63,725 nucleotides of DNA, filler included, from an uncultured Methanoregulaceae archaeon (GCA_964530035.1; 4 parts of 4 records of this genome joined end to end with filler, not necessarily neighbours in it), one strand, 5' to 3'; counted from the whole stretch's first letter, positions 40,739 through 49,783 are shown. Notes: generated by a model from the sequence alone, not told the origin. Program-made: numbers and translations.

Positions 40739-41443
40739 ATGCTCGTCGACCACCCCCTCGTGAACCAGTTCTTCTTCATCGTCGGTGAGCTGACGGTCAT
40801 CGTCATCCTGTCGATGCTCCTCTTCGGGTTCGTCCTCCTCGGACTTACCTACTACTCCATCAAACGGGGCAGGCTGGTGTTCCCAAGGCTCCTCAAGGCA
40901 GGGATAGCCCTCCTCGAAGGGCTCATGAAGGCCCTCTTCCGGCTGTTCGGCCTTGCCGACCGCGAGGTGCTCACCTTCTCGGTATACCTCCATAACGCCC
41001 TCAACCGGAGCAACTTTTCGCTCACACCGGTGCAGGACCGGGCCATCTTCTTTCCCCAGTGCCTCCGTTCGGCCCGGTGCCCCGCCCACCTCGAGCCCGA
41101 GGGGCTCAGGTGCCGTTCGTGCGGCCTCTGCAGCATCGGCCAGGCCCGCGAGCTCCTCGAACAGATGGGCTACCGCGTCTTCATCGTGCCCGGGTCGTCG
41201 TTTATCAAGCGGATGGTGAAGGCCTACCACCCGAAGGCGATCATCGGGGTCGGGTGCCTCGCAGAGGTAAAAGAGGGCCTCGAGATGGCCGACCACCTCG
41301 GGCTCGCCGCGATGGGCGTCGTGAACATCACGGACGGCTGTGTCGAGACGGCGGCACGGTGGAACGAGGTCTTCGAGATCGCGGTCCTCGGGATAGACCC
41401 CGCCCTTCTCCCGGCCGACGTGGGCACGTACCTCACAAAATAA
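40739..41443 (+). CDS. DUF116-family membrane protein
   Basis: PQCLRSARCPA, CRSCGLCSI, IVPGSS, GVGC, GCVET. Confidence 0.85.
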   Translation: MLVDHPLVNQFFFIVGELTVIVILSMLLFGFVLLGLTYYSIKRGRLVFPRLLKAGIALLEGLMKALFRLFGLADREVLTFSVYLHNALNRSNFSLTPVQDRAIFFPQCLRSARCPAHLEPEGLRCRSCGLCSIGQARELLEQMGYRVFIVPGSSFIKRMVKAYHPKAIIGVGCLAEVKEGLEMADHLGLAAMGVVNITDGCVETAARWNEVFEIAVLGIDPALLPADVGTYLTK

Positions 41444-42266
41444 GTGCCGAGAGCGTGAAGACGACGAGGGACAGGAACATCCCCGCCTTGAGGAGAGCTG
41501 ACGACTTTGACCGTTTCATGCACTCCGGGGTCGTACATTTCAGCCCCCTTGCCGCGGCCGCGAGGATGATGATGTCCACCGGTATGATCCCGGCGAGGTA
41601 GTACGGGCCGAACCGCCCGGCCGGGATGAAACTTGCGACGATGGCAAGGCAGACCGCCAGGAAGGCGATGACCGCCGTTTTTCTCACCCCGATCCTGATC
41701 GCAAGCGTGTCGGCCCCGGCCGCCTGATCTCCGGGGATGTCCTCCGCGTCCTTGACCAGCTCCCGGGCGACCATCGCACAGAAACTGATGATAGCCAGGG
41801 GCAGGTCCAGGAAGAGCCCTTCAAGCCCGGCATACGCACCGCCGAAGAGAAAGATGCTCCCTGAAAGGTAGGCGACGGCCAGGTTTCCAACAACCGGGCC
41901 GCGTTTCAGCCATGCGGAGTAGGCTGCCAGGAGGAGCGAGTTGAACACGGCGATTGCCAGGCAGAGCGGGGTGGTGAAGACGGCGCAGGCAATCCCGAGG
42001 AGGAAGAGGAGGACGGTAAACCGGAGGGCGGTTTCCGGGCTGACCTTCCCGGACGGGATGGGGCGGTCCGGGCGGTTGACCGCGTCAATCGTCCGGTCAT
42101 AGTAGTCATTGATGGCGTTTCCCGCCCCGGTGATGAAGAAGACGGAGAGAACAAGGAGCACGGTCCCGGGAACGATGGTGCCGGTCGCGACGAGGTACCC
42201 GATTGCTGCAGAAAGACCGCTCACAACCGCGTTGACCGGGCGTATCAGGGTGACAAGGGGATGCAT
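41433..42266 (-). CDS. Digeranylgeranylglyceryl phosphate synthase (UbiA family)
   Basis: LIRPVN, GNAINDYYD..IDAVNRPDRPIPSG, REL.KD.ED..GD. Confidence 0.9.
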   Translation of the reverse strand: MHPLVTLIRPVNAVVSGLSAAIGYLVATGTIVPGTVLLVLSVFFITGAGNAINDYYDRTIDAVNRPDRPIPSGKVSPETALRFTVLLFLLGIACAVFTTPLCLAIAVFNSLLLAAYSAWLKRGPVVGNLAVAYLSGSIFLFGGAYAGLEGLFLDLPLAIISFCAMVARELVKDAEDIPGDQAAGADTLAIRIGVRKTAVIAFLAVCLAIVASFIPAGRFGPYYLAGIIPVDIIILAAAARGLKCTTPECMKRSKSSALLKAGMFLSLVVFTLSALIL

Positions 42267-42317
42267 CGGAGTGCTCGCTCACCCGGCAGGACTTCCGGGT
42301 CTTTGGAAAACAACAAA

Positions 42318-42392
42318 CGGGCGTGAGGGGATTTGAACCCCCGACCTACAGCTTAGGAGGCTGCCGCCCTATCCAGACTAGGCCACACGCCC
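42318..42392 (-). tRNA. tRNA-Arg (anticodon CCT)
   Basis: Reverse complement GGGCGTGTGGCCTAGTCTGGATAGGGCGGCAGC-CTCCTAA-GCTGTAGGTCGGGGGTTCAAATCCCCTCACGCCCG. Confidence 0.95.
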
Positions 42393-42693
42393 AACGTTCA
42401 TATCAGTTGCCGCCACGACCGGATAATAGTATTCCCCTGGCCGCGTCCTTCATGCGGTTTTTATGGTTTACTGGCGCAGGCATGGGTTTGTTATTCGAGG
42501 CTCGCGCCGGTCGGATACGTGATCAGGTCCACCCGTTCCCTTTTGTGGCGATTCCCTGGGAACGTCTTCCTTGACGGCTCTTCTTCCAGGACACCTGTCA
42601 CCAGGATATCCGGGAACCCCGCGAGCGGGACAGGAAGAACATTATTGAGGGAGAACGGAGTTCCTTCCATCGACACGAAAAGAGGCTGTCTGC

Positions 42694-42954
42694 ATGACCG
42701 ACACACGATACGAAAAGCGGAAAAAATCGGATGAAGACCTGTTGCGCCAACTGGCGGTTGCCGACGTAAAGGAATGGTTTGAGAGCCTCCCCGAGGAAAG
42801 GAGGGCTCAACGGACCTTCATCATGGGGATGAAGACCTATTCTCCCGCAGAACTCATGGAGGAGGTTGAAAACGATACCGAGACCGGTCGGATGTTTACG
42901 AGGATGGTCCACAACGTCCGGATGGAGATGGCAAAGGGGAAGCACCATGCCTGA
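42694..42954 (+). CDS. Small helical protein (86 aa), partner of the downstream protease-like gene
   Basis: AGAGG RBS-like site; stop overlaps the next start (ATGCCTGA). Confidence 0.75.
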   Translation: MTDTRYEKRKKSDEDLLRQLAVADVKEWFESLPEERRAQRTFIMGMKTYSPAELMEEVENDTETGRMFTRMVHNVRMEMAKGKHHA

Positions 42955-43657
42955 ACTCCTGAAACTGGCTGACATTTACCAATGTATCTCGAAAAAGTCG
43001 CTCACTGTTCACTTCCTGAAAAAATCAAAAAAACTCCTCCTCATCAGGCCCCTGAAAAAGGGGGATGACTTTACGGTCCAGTTCTCCTTCCCGGCATCGG
43101 AAAAGGTCAGGATAAAGGCGGTCGCCCTGGGGTGGGACGTGAAGGAGCTGACGGGAAACGATACGGGCAGGTACGGCGTCGAAGCGGCTCTCAAGAACTT
43201 CAAGCCTGACCTCGTCATCCACTATGACCACGGGAGTGTCTTCACCCTCTTCGGGGTGTACAACGACTGGCCTGAATCATCGATTGATCCGAACAACGTC
43301 AGCCTCCTGTCGGAAACGGCGGTCAGCACCGTCTCATGTGACAGCGTGAAGGGCCTCGGCCCGATGGCCATTGCCTCCTCGGTCAGGGCCTATCTCGGGT
43401 ATGATGCGACCATGACGGTCGAGGCATCCCACCTCGATATCTTCATGGAGGCAGCCAATGCTGCGAATTTCGCCCTGCTCGAAGGAAAGACCTTCCAGGA
43501 AGCGTACGACGCGGGACATGCGAAATACACGGAAAAGTTCAATGAACAGGTCGCCACGAACGACCTGGAGGTGGCAGCGGGTATCCTCCATGACCGTGAT
43601 TCCCTGAAACTCCTTGGCGACCCGCATGCTGAAGGCTGCCGGTACTATCTTGTCTGA
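42947..43657 (+). CDS. Putative minimal clan-CD cysteine peptidase (caspase/gingipain C25/CHAT-like fold)
   Basis: LVIHYDHGS (His-Gly after a hydrophobic strand), VSTVSCDS (Cys), AYLGY, LLEGKTFQEA, C-terminal LLGDP. Confidence 0.7.
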   Translation: MPELLKLADIYQCISKKSLTVHFLKKSKKLLLIRPLKKGDDFTVQFSFPASEKVRIKAVALGWDVKELTGNDTGRYGVEAALKNFKPDLVIHYDHGSVFTLFGVYNDWPESSIDPNNVSLLSETAVSTVSCDSVKGLGPMAIASSVRAYLGYDATMTVEASHLDIFMEAANAANFALLEGKTFQEAYDAGHAKYTEKFNEQVATNDLEVAAGILHDRDSLKLLGDPHAEGCRYYLV

Positions 43658-43830
43658 AGGCCCTTCAAGGGAAGATGATCCCACCCCTTTTTTCACTGCA
43701 GGTCCAACCGACTGCCTCCTGAACCTGATCCTGTGACGTCCTCCCGAAGACCCGGTGTCCTGTGACCATTCGTGGGGTGCAGGTCAGTGACAGCCATGTT
43801 CAACCGTCCGGACGCGGACGATTATCATGG

Positions 43831-44991
43831 TCAATGGAATAAAAAGAACAGCCCCAGGATTGCAGCGGTCATTCCTGCACCGAGGCATGAGACAAACCTC
43901 TTCCGGGGTTCATGGAACATCAGGAACGCAGCGATGCAGAAGAAGATGTAAGGTATGAGCGTAGCGACAACCGTGAGAACGGCAAGCGTGCTGAATGAAT
44001 TCGAGAAAAACAGCATCACCACGGTTGCTGCGCAACAGGACACCAGTGCTGCGCCGGGCGTCCCGTTCCGGTTGAGACGGCTTAATCCGTCGATCGAGAG
44101 CTCACATGCCAGGGTGTGCAGGACCCGCGAGGAGGCGACAAGGTACGCATTCATGGCCGAGAGCATGGCAAAGATCCCGATGAAGGCGACGAGATACCCG
44201 GCATAGGGAAAAAGGAAGCTGATGGCCGTGGCAACCGGTGCCGGGGACCCGGAAAGGGTAGGACTTCCCGCAGATCCGATCAGGGCCAGGTTCAGGAGGA
44301 GGTAGATGGCGGTGACCGTGACCATGACGATGCCGAGCGACCGTGCCGCGGCATGCGGGTCACGCATCTCCTCGACGGGTATCGCACTGATTTCAAAACC
44401 GGTAAAAGGCCAGTATACGATGATAACCGTCGCAAAAAGGCCCATAAACGTGAACGGCACGGTGGGGGCGAGGTTTTCCGGCCGGATGAACGGGACGAGG
44501 ACGAGGATGATGATGACCAGGGGCAGGATCTTCAGGACCGTGAGGATGTTCTCGATATAACCGGATGCCGAGACCCCCACCAGGTTGATGCAGCAGAACG
44601 CGGCGACGACGGCGATCTCAATGATGATGAGATGGGCGACCCCGAAGTAGGACAGGTACAGGCCGATGCCGGCAGCGACCGTGGCCACTCCCAGGACACA
44701 GGAGACCAGGTACAGGACCACGAGCACAGTCGAGGCCTCCTTCCCGAAGACCGAGCGGTAGATCGCGAAAAACGTGCCTCCCCGCCCAAACCTTGCCGAG
44801 GCCCAGGCAAGGGATACCATGACGAGGGTGGCGGAAATTGCCACGATCACCCAGGCAATAAGCGATGCCGGCCCCATGATGCCTGCGGCTATTCCCGGGA
44901 CGACGAATATGCCCGAGCCGATGGTCCCGCCTATCCCGAGGCTGACCAGTTCAATCTGCCCGAGCGCCCGTTTGTACGTGCCATCCGCCAT
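43831..44991 (-). CDS. APC-family amino acid permease
   Basis: IGGTIGSGIFVVPG, FTGFE...EEMRDP, many TM helices. Confidence 0.9.
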   Translation of the reverse strand: MADGTYKRALGQIELVSLGIGGTIGSGIFVVPGIAAGIMGPASLIAWVIVAISATLVMVSLAWASARFGRGGTFFAIYRSVFGKEASTVLVVLYLVSCVLGVATVAAGIGLYLSYFGVAHLIIIEIAVVAAFCCINLVGVSASGYIENILTVLKILPLVIIILVLVPFIRPENLAPTVPFTFMGLFATVIIVYWPFTGFEISAIPVEEMRDPHAAARSLGIVMVTVTAIYLLLNLALIGSAGSPTLSGSPAPVATAISFLFPYAGYLVAFIGIFAMLSAMNAYLVASSRVLHTLACELSIDGLSRLNRNGTPGAALVSCCAATVVMLFFSNSFSTLAVLTVVATLIPYIFFCIAAFLMFHEPRKRFVSCLGAGMTAAILGLFFLFH

Positions 44992-45091
44992 GGCCTGACA
45001 TCATATCGGCATATGTGGCTGATAAAACCCCGCATGGTGTGCGGACAGCCGTCCCTTCTCCCTGGCAGCATCCCGACAGGACCGCCGGGGA

Positions 45092-45757
45092 TTACCGGAA
45101 GGCAAGGTACAGGAAGTAGATGCCGATGATGATGATGCCTATGCCGATGACCCGGTCAAACAGTTCCCCGCTTTCCTTCGCACGCTCCCTGACCTTTTTC
45201 CCGATGACACCGCCCAGCGAGCTTAACACGACCAGGGGGATGGAGAGGCCTATGCCATAGACAAGGATGGTGAAAAAGCCCTGGACGGCGGTCTGGTACA
45301 GGGCGATGTACGCCAGGACGATAAGGAGCATCGGGGCGCCCCTCCCGATGGTGATCGCCCCGAAGGAGAGTCCGAGGAGGAACGATCCGGTCACCGTGTA
45401 GGACTGTTTCCCCCGGAACCGGTTGAAGATGCTCCGGATCGGGGGCTTGTACAGGTGGAGGAGCTGGAGGCCCATCGCGATCATGATGACCCCGCCGATT
45501 GCCCAGGCGATGGTCTCGTTGAGGAACAGGATATACTGCCCGACGAGGCCGGCCACCACGCCGAGCGGGAGGAGGACGAGGACCGTCCCGGTGCAGAAGG
45601 ACACCGTCAGCTTCAGGATTTCAGGGAGCGACAGCTGAGTATTGCCGCTTGTCAGGTACCCGATGAGGCCCAGGCACAGGACGCTGTTGCACGGGCAGAT
45701 CCCTGCGATAAGTCCGAAGATGAATATCCCGGTGACCGAGGGGTCGAAGGCAGCCAT
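45092..45757 (-). CDS. CcdA/DsbD-like 6-TM membrane protein
   Basis: GICPC N-terminal motif, GGVIMIAMGL, YGIGLSIPL. Confidence 0.75.
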   Translation of the reverse strand: MAAFDPSVTGIFIFGLIAGICPCNSVLCLGLIGYLTSGNTQLSLPEILKLTVSFCTGTVLVLLPLGVVAGLVGQYILFLNETIAWAIGGVIMIAMGLQLLHLYKPPIRSIFNRFRGKQSYTVTGSFLLGLSFGAITIGRGAPMLLIVLAYIALYQTAVQGFFTILVYGIGLSIPLVVLSSLGGVIGKKVRERAKESGELFDRVIGIGIIIIGIYFLYLAFR

Positions 45758-45979
45758 CCGGGAATTGTTCTCCCTGTGAGGATATAGGGGTGAGGTATCT
45801 TTGCATCCCTGTGACGGTGAGCGTTCCGTTGCATGGATATTTCATCCTCGTTTTGCATCGGCCAGACCCTGGGTCCTTGCGTTCCTGGAGGAAAAAAAGA
45901 TGCAGGATCACCCTTTCAGATTCATGCCGGGAAAAGAAGGTGGGGTATACCCGGCTTCCTGGCACAAAATGTCATATGG

Positions 45980-46597
45980 TCACCCTTTCAGACCCGTCAT
46001 CACGCAGAAGCCCTTCTCCCGTGCCGGGGTTTCTATCCCGAAAAAGCCCGCCGTCTGAAGGTCGACGGATACCTCATCGGCAGACCTGAACCGGGCGGAG
46101 CTGAGGAAGGTCCCCTTGGATGGGTCGAGGATGTACTTCTGGGCGATCTGGCCATCGCGTTCAATGAAGCCGACGATGATGCGGCCCTGCGGTATGAGGA
46201 CGCGGTGGGCCTCGGCGAATACCGCCGGGATATCAGGGAGGAAGCAGATGACGGTCATGAGGAGAATGGCGTTGAACTGGCCGTCCAGGAACGGGAGGTG
46301 TTCTCCCCGGCCCATGACAGTTTCGACACCCCTGGCCCTGGCCAGGCTTACGAGGTTCCGCGACGGGTCGATGCCGTACCGGAAGCCGAGGGGTACGGAA
46401 AACCGGCCGGACCCGATACCGACCTCGAGCCCGGTCCCGGTTGTCCCGACGGCCTTCCGGAGCATCCGGACCTGGTGGGCGTACGTGCCGGGATGGTCAT
46501 CGAACCAGCGGTCGTACTCAGCGGCGTGTTCGTCGAAGACGGATTGGTGTGGGCCCAAAGGGGCTTGTCCAATTTTCATCCATTTCCTGCCGGGCAA
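45980..46597 (-). CDS. Class I SAM-dependent methyltransferase
   Basis: FD..A.EYD.WF, LEVGIGSGRF, GIDPS, EHLPF; start uncertain. Confidence 0.88.
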   Translation of the reverse strand: MPGRKWMKIGQAPLGPHQSVFDEHAAEYDRWFDDHPGTYAHQVRMLRKAVGTTGTGLEVGIGSGRFSVPLGFRYGIDPSRNLVSLARARGVETVMGRGEHLPFLDGQFNAILLMTVICFLPDIPAVFAEAHRVLIPQGRIIVGFIERDGQIAQKYILDPSKGTFLSSARFRSADEVSVDLQTAGFFGIETPAREKGFCVMTGLKG

Positions 46598-46681
46598 TGT
46601 TCCGTGAAACCCTTTATGACCATGACAGAACCGATCATCACCAAAAAGAAGATTTTGTATCTCCTGATCTCATGTCCGGTA

Positions 46682-47227
46682 TTACCTTGGTCGTCTTATT
46701 CGCGTCCCGATTATGACAATCGCAACACAAATGGCCCCAAGGATGCTCACTTCAGAGAGGGGTGTTTTCCCCCCTCCAACGCTGACTGTGCCGCCAGAGA
46801 CGGATGTCAGGACATCCACAAGGTCGAGGTTCCAGGCACCGGTAACCTGCACGGATACTGGAGAATTAGACCCACTATGCCCTATGACGTCAAAATTCAT
46901 CTTGATAAGAGCTCCATTTCCGGATACTCCTTTTGTATCGACAACTCCGATCTTCACAGTGCCGGGGCTCGGACTGTTTGAGTCTATCATCCCATTGGTT
47001 GATAATTCACCCAGATCTGCGCCTGAAAACTTCAGTACTGTTGGATCATAGGTTACAACGACATCCATTGCCCCGAGATTTGAAGCACCGTTCACGGTTA
47101 TCGGTATGAATACCTTCGAGCCGGGGCTACCCGTGGCGCTATCAACAGAGACTGTCATGACTCCTGCCACCGCTGCGGCCGTGATCATGGACAATCCGGT
47201 TAAAATGAATACTATTGTGAATTTCAT
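46682..47227 (-). CDS. Secreted single-cohesin protein with C-terminal membrane anchor
   Basis: Signal peptide; VFIPITVNGASNLGAMDVVVTYDPTVLKF...GNGALIKMNFDVIG cohesin pattern; TPLSEVSILGAICVAIVIIG-TRIRRPR tail. Confidence 0.85.
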   Translation of the reverse strand: MKFTIVFILTGLSMITAAAVAGVMTVSVDSATGSPGSKVFIPITVNGASNLGAMDVVVTYDPTVLKFSGADLGELSTNGMIDSNSPSPGTVKIGVVDTKGVSGNGALIKMNFDVIGHSGSNSPVSVQVTGAWNLDLVDVLTSVSGGTVSVGGGKTPLSEVSILGAICVAIVIIGTRIRRPR

Positions 47228-47242
47228 GATGTATCCGACCTC

Positions 47243-48457
47243 CTATTGCACGGCAAGTTTCAGGATCTCCCTTCCATCGTTTGAATTCACGGTTCCGTCT
47301 TTGGTGACATCGTAGTTCAGATCGTTCGGCCGTTTTCCCACGGAGATCTGAAGTGCAATGAGGGCATCCAGGGACGTCGGCTTGCCCCGCCCACCGGGAT
47401 CATTTGGATTGGGATTTCCGATTATTACCTTTCCATTGTTTACCGGGATAACCACCGGTTTTCCATCGGATGTACTTGCACCGCCAATAGTCACGGTAAT
47501 GGGTGTGGATCCCCCGTTCTGACCAATAATGGTAAAGGTCAGAACCGCGACTGAGCCTGATCCGCTGAACCCGGTTTTTCCTGCAAAGGAAATTTTCACC
47601 GTATTCCCAACGTTATTGCTTTCAAACAACATGTTCTGGGTTAACGCTCCCTTGATGGCATCCTTGAACTGAAGCATTTTGCTATCATATCCCACAGAGA
47701 GGTCCATGTTGGCGATATCGTGTGCATTGCAGATCATGATGGGGACCACGAGTTCCTGCCCGGAATTCAAGGTACGGTCATCAATATACAATGACGTCTC
47801 CGACCCGGAACACCCCTTTGAGGTTGGCTGGGCCGTCCCGGACGTCGTTACCGATGCCGGAGCTGCGGTAGCTGACACAGGTTTGCTGACTGCGGGTGTG
47901 GCCGCGGCCCCTGTTTTTCTGATCCCCAGGAGACTGTTCCCGTAATTATTCGTCCCGGTAAGTTTCTGGCCATCTGAGGACAGGGTCAGGGTATCCGTGC
48001 TGCCTTTGCCTGTACAACCCCGGCCACAGGTCTCCCAGGTAAATATACAGTTGTTCCCTTGTTGAGACCATGTTCCGCGGTTCCATGCGCCGGCTTCATC
48101 ATACTGGGTAACCGTGCCATCGGGTTTGATGTCCATCGTTACATGCTGGGATGTCCCCCAGGAGTAATCCCAGGATCCGACGGGTGATTGCGAACCTCCG
48201 GAAGGTGCTGCAGTGGTAGTGGCAGTTGTAGTGGCAGTGGTAGTGGTCACGGTGACGACGGAAGGTGTTGAAGAAGTCACAGAAGTTCCCGTAGAACCCG
48301 TTTTCCTGATCCCCAGGAGACTGCTCCCGTAATTGTTCGTCCCGGTCAGTCTCTGGCCGTCCGGGGACAGGGTCAGGGTATCTGAGCTGCTTTTACCAGT
48401 ACAACCCCGGCCACAGGTCTCCCAGGTGAATACACAGCTGTTCCCTTGTTGAGACCA
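47243..48457 (-). CDS. Multidomain protein: repeated Cys-containing beta domain(s), Thr linkers, cohesin and C-terminal dockerin (5'-truncated)
   Basis: Frame open to the contig end; cohesin LVVPIMICNAHDIANMDLSVGYD...SGSGSVAVLTF; dockerin TSLDALIALQISVG...DVTKDGTVNSNDGREILK. Confidence 0.85.
   Translation of the reverse strand, partial: WSQQGNSCVFTWETCGRGCTGKSSSDTLTLSPDGQRLTGTNNYGSSLLGIRKTGSTGTSVTSSTPSVVTVTTTTATTTATTTAAPSGGSQSPVGSWDYSWGTSQHVTMDIKPDGTVTQYDEAGAWNRGTWSQQGNNCIFTWETCGRGCTGKGSTDTLTLSSDGQKLTGTNNYGNSLLGIRKTGAAATPAVSKPVSATAAPASVTTSGTAQPTSKGCSGSETSLYIDDRTLNSGQELVVPIMICNAHDIANMDLSVGYDSKMLQFKDAIKGALTQNMLFESNNVGNTVKISFAGKTGFSGSGSVAVLTFTIIGQNGGSTPITVTIGGASTSDGKPVVIPVNNGKVIIGNPNPNDPGGRGKPTSLDALIALQISVGKRPNDLNYDVTKDGTVNSNDGREILKLAVQ
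47910..48457. repeat. Direct repeat pair (47910-48070 and 48297-48457) encoding a duplicated domain
   Basis: WSQQGN[NS]C[IV]FTWETCGRGCTGK.S.DTLTLS.DGQ.LTGTNNYG.SLLGIRKTG occurs twice, 387 bp apart. Confidence 0.9.
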
Positions 48458-48557
48458 NNNNNNNNNNNNNNNNNNNNNNNNNNNNNNNNNNNNNNNNNNN
48501 NTTAATTAATTAANNNNNNNNNNNNNNNNNNNNNNNNNNNNNNNNNNNNNNNNNNNN
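48458..48557. other. Artificial contig linker
   Basis: N runs flanking TTAATTAATTAA. Confidence 0.98.
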
Positions 48558-48644
48558 ATCCAATTCATTTTTTTGTCTTTTCTTTCTAAACCAACTGCGT
48601 AACTCCTAGGTAATATCAGTCGTATAAAAGTGGTTTTCCTGGAT

Positions 48645-49120
48645 AATTTTTCCCTGCCTGATATCAAGGTCAGGGAATCTTCGTGATTGAAGTGTCGGGA
48701 TCTGAAATGTTTCAGACCTTGCCGTATACCAGTAGCATCACCTTTCCTGATATCCCAAAAATCATCATCCCTTCAGTGGGGGCATGCCCCCACACCCCCG
48801 AAAAGACATCCCGCCGCCCCCGAAGGGCGCCCCGGCGGCGGTCTCACAGCCCTTCATGAAGGTTTCAAACTGAAAAAAATCTCGCTGAGAAACTCAAAAC
48901 TACAAAAATCACACCACAGACAACCAGGATGAAAGAATCATCAACGGCTTGCCATGGTTATCGTATGCAGGGGGTTTGGGGGGCGGCAGCCCCCCGCTTA
49001 TCACCCCTCGAATTCCCTGCCTGATAAAGGTGAAAACAAAAAAACGGCTCTGTCGGAATCCTATGATTGTAATTGCAGCTGATGGAGATTGTTCGTTATG
49101 GGGTGAATCAAATTGAAGGT
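48645..49120 (+). repeat. Dispersed structured non-coding element, copy 3
   Basis: 33-nt block at 48959-48991; core bracketed by the 14-bp direct repeat TTCCCTGCCTGATA (48650-48663, 49013-49026). Confidence 0.85.
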
Positions 49121-49219
49121 GTGGTGGGTTTCAAAAGAGCCGTTTTAATGAATCCTGTTCAGATCCATTATCATTGGATTGAAAACAGGAATGCCCAGGT
49201 GAATAGGGGAGTTGCAGTA

Positions 49220-49783
49220 TTAGTACAACAGGGTAACCCCGCTGATACCTGCAGGGACCGTCCTACGAATCGCAAAGACTGCCCCGACAGGCGGTTTGAC
49301 TTCAAGGTTGAAGATGATACCGGGTCCGATCGCCGTCGTCGGATGGGCATAGATCGAAAATTTTTCCTGGCCTTCGAGGAGGAAGTTTGAATTACCGTTT
49401 TGCTGGTTCGATATGTTCCACTTTCCTGCAGTCGCTTCTCCACCTGCAAGGGTCAGGATCTCGACGCTCGAGTTCGTGCTCCAGATCATCGCGGTCTTGT
49501 TCATATCGATGGCGATGCCACCTGGTGCCAGGCCTACATCGAAACGCACAAGACCGATCGCGTTGTTGGACCCGTCCTGGAACCCGTATATATCCCCCTG
49601 GACTTCCATGTTGGAGGCTGCCTGGGAGACTCCTGCATAGACGACTTCCTGGCTTTTCTGCGTCGTGAAGAACCCGGCGCCAAGCATGACATAGCTAAAG
49701 ACGGCGGCGACGACCACGAAGGCGATAAGGACAATGGCAGCTTCAAGACCGGTAAATGCTGGATCATATCTTCCTTTTCCCAT
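49220..49783 (-). CDS. flaB: Archaellin (archaeal flagellin)
   Basis: Class III signal peptide A|FTGLEAAIVLIAFVVVAAVFSYVMLGAGFFTTQKSQ; LLEGQEKF; likely ATG 49783. Confidence 0.93.
   Translation of the reverse strand: MGKGRYDPAFTGLEAAIVLIAFVVVAAVFSYVMLGAGFFTTQKSQEVVYAGVSQAASNMEVQGDIYGFQDGSNNAIGLVRFDVGLAPGGIAIDMNKTAMIWSTNSSVEILTLAGGEATAGKWNISNQQNGNSNFLLEGQEKFSIYAHPTTAIGPGIIFNLEVKPPVGAVFAIRRTVPAGISGVTLLY

Noticed and set aside
16577..48557. Three TTAATTAATTAA palindromes in N runs as a biological repeat
   Set aside because: Standard artificial six-frame-stop contig linker
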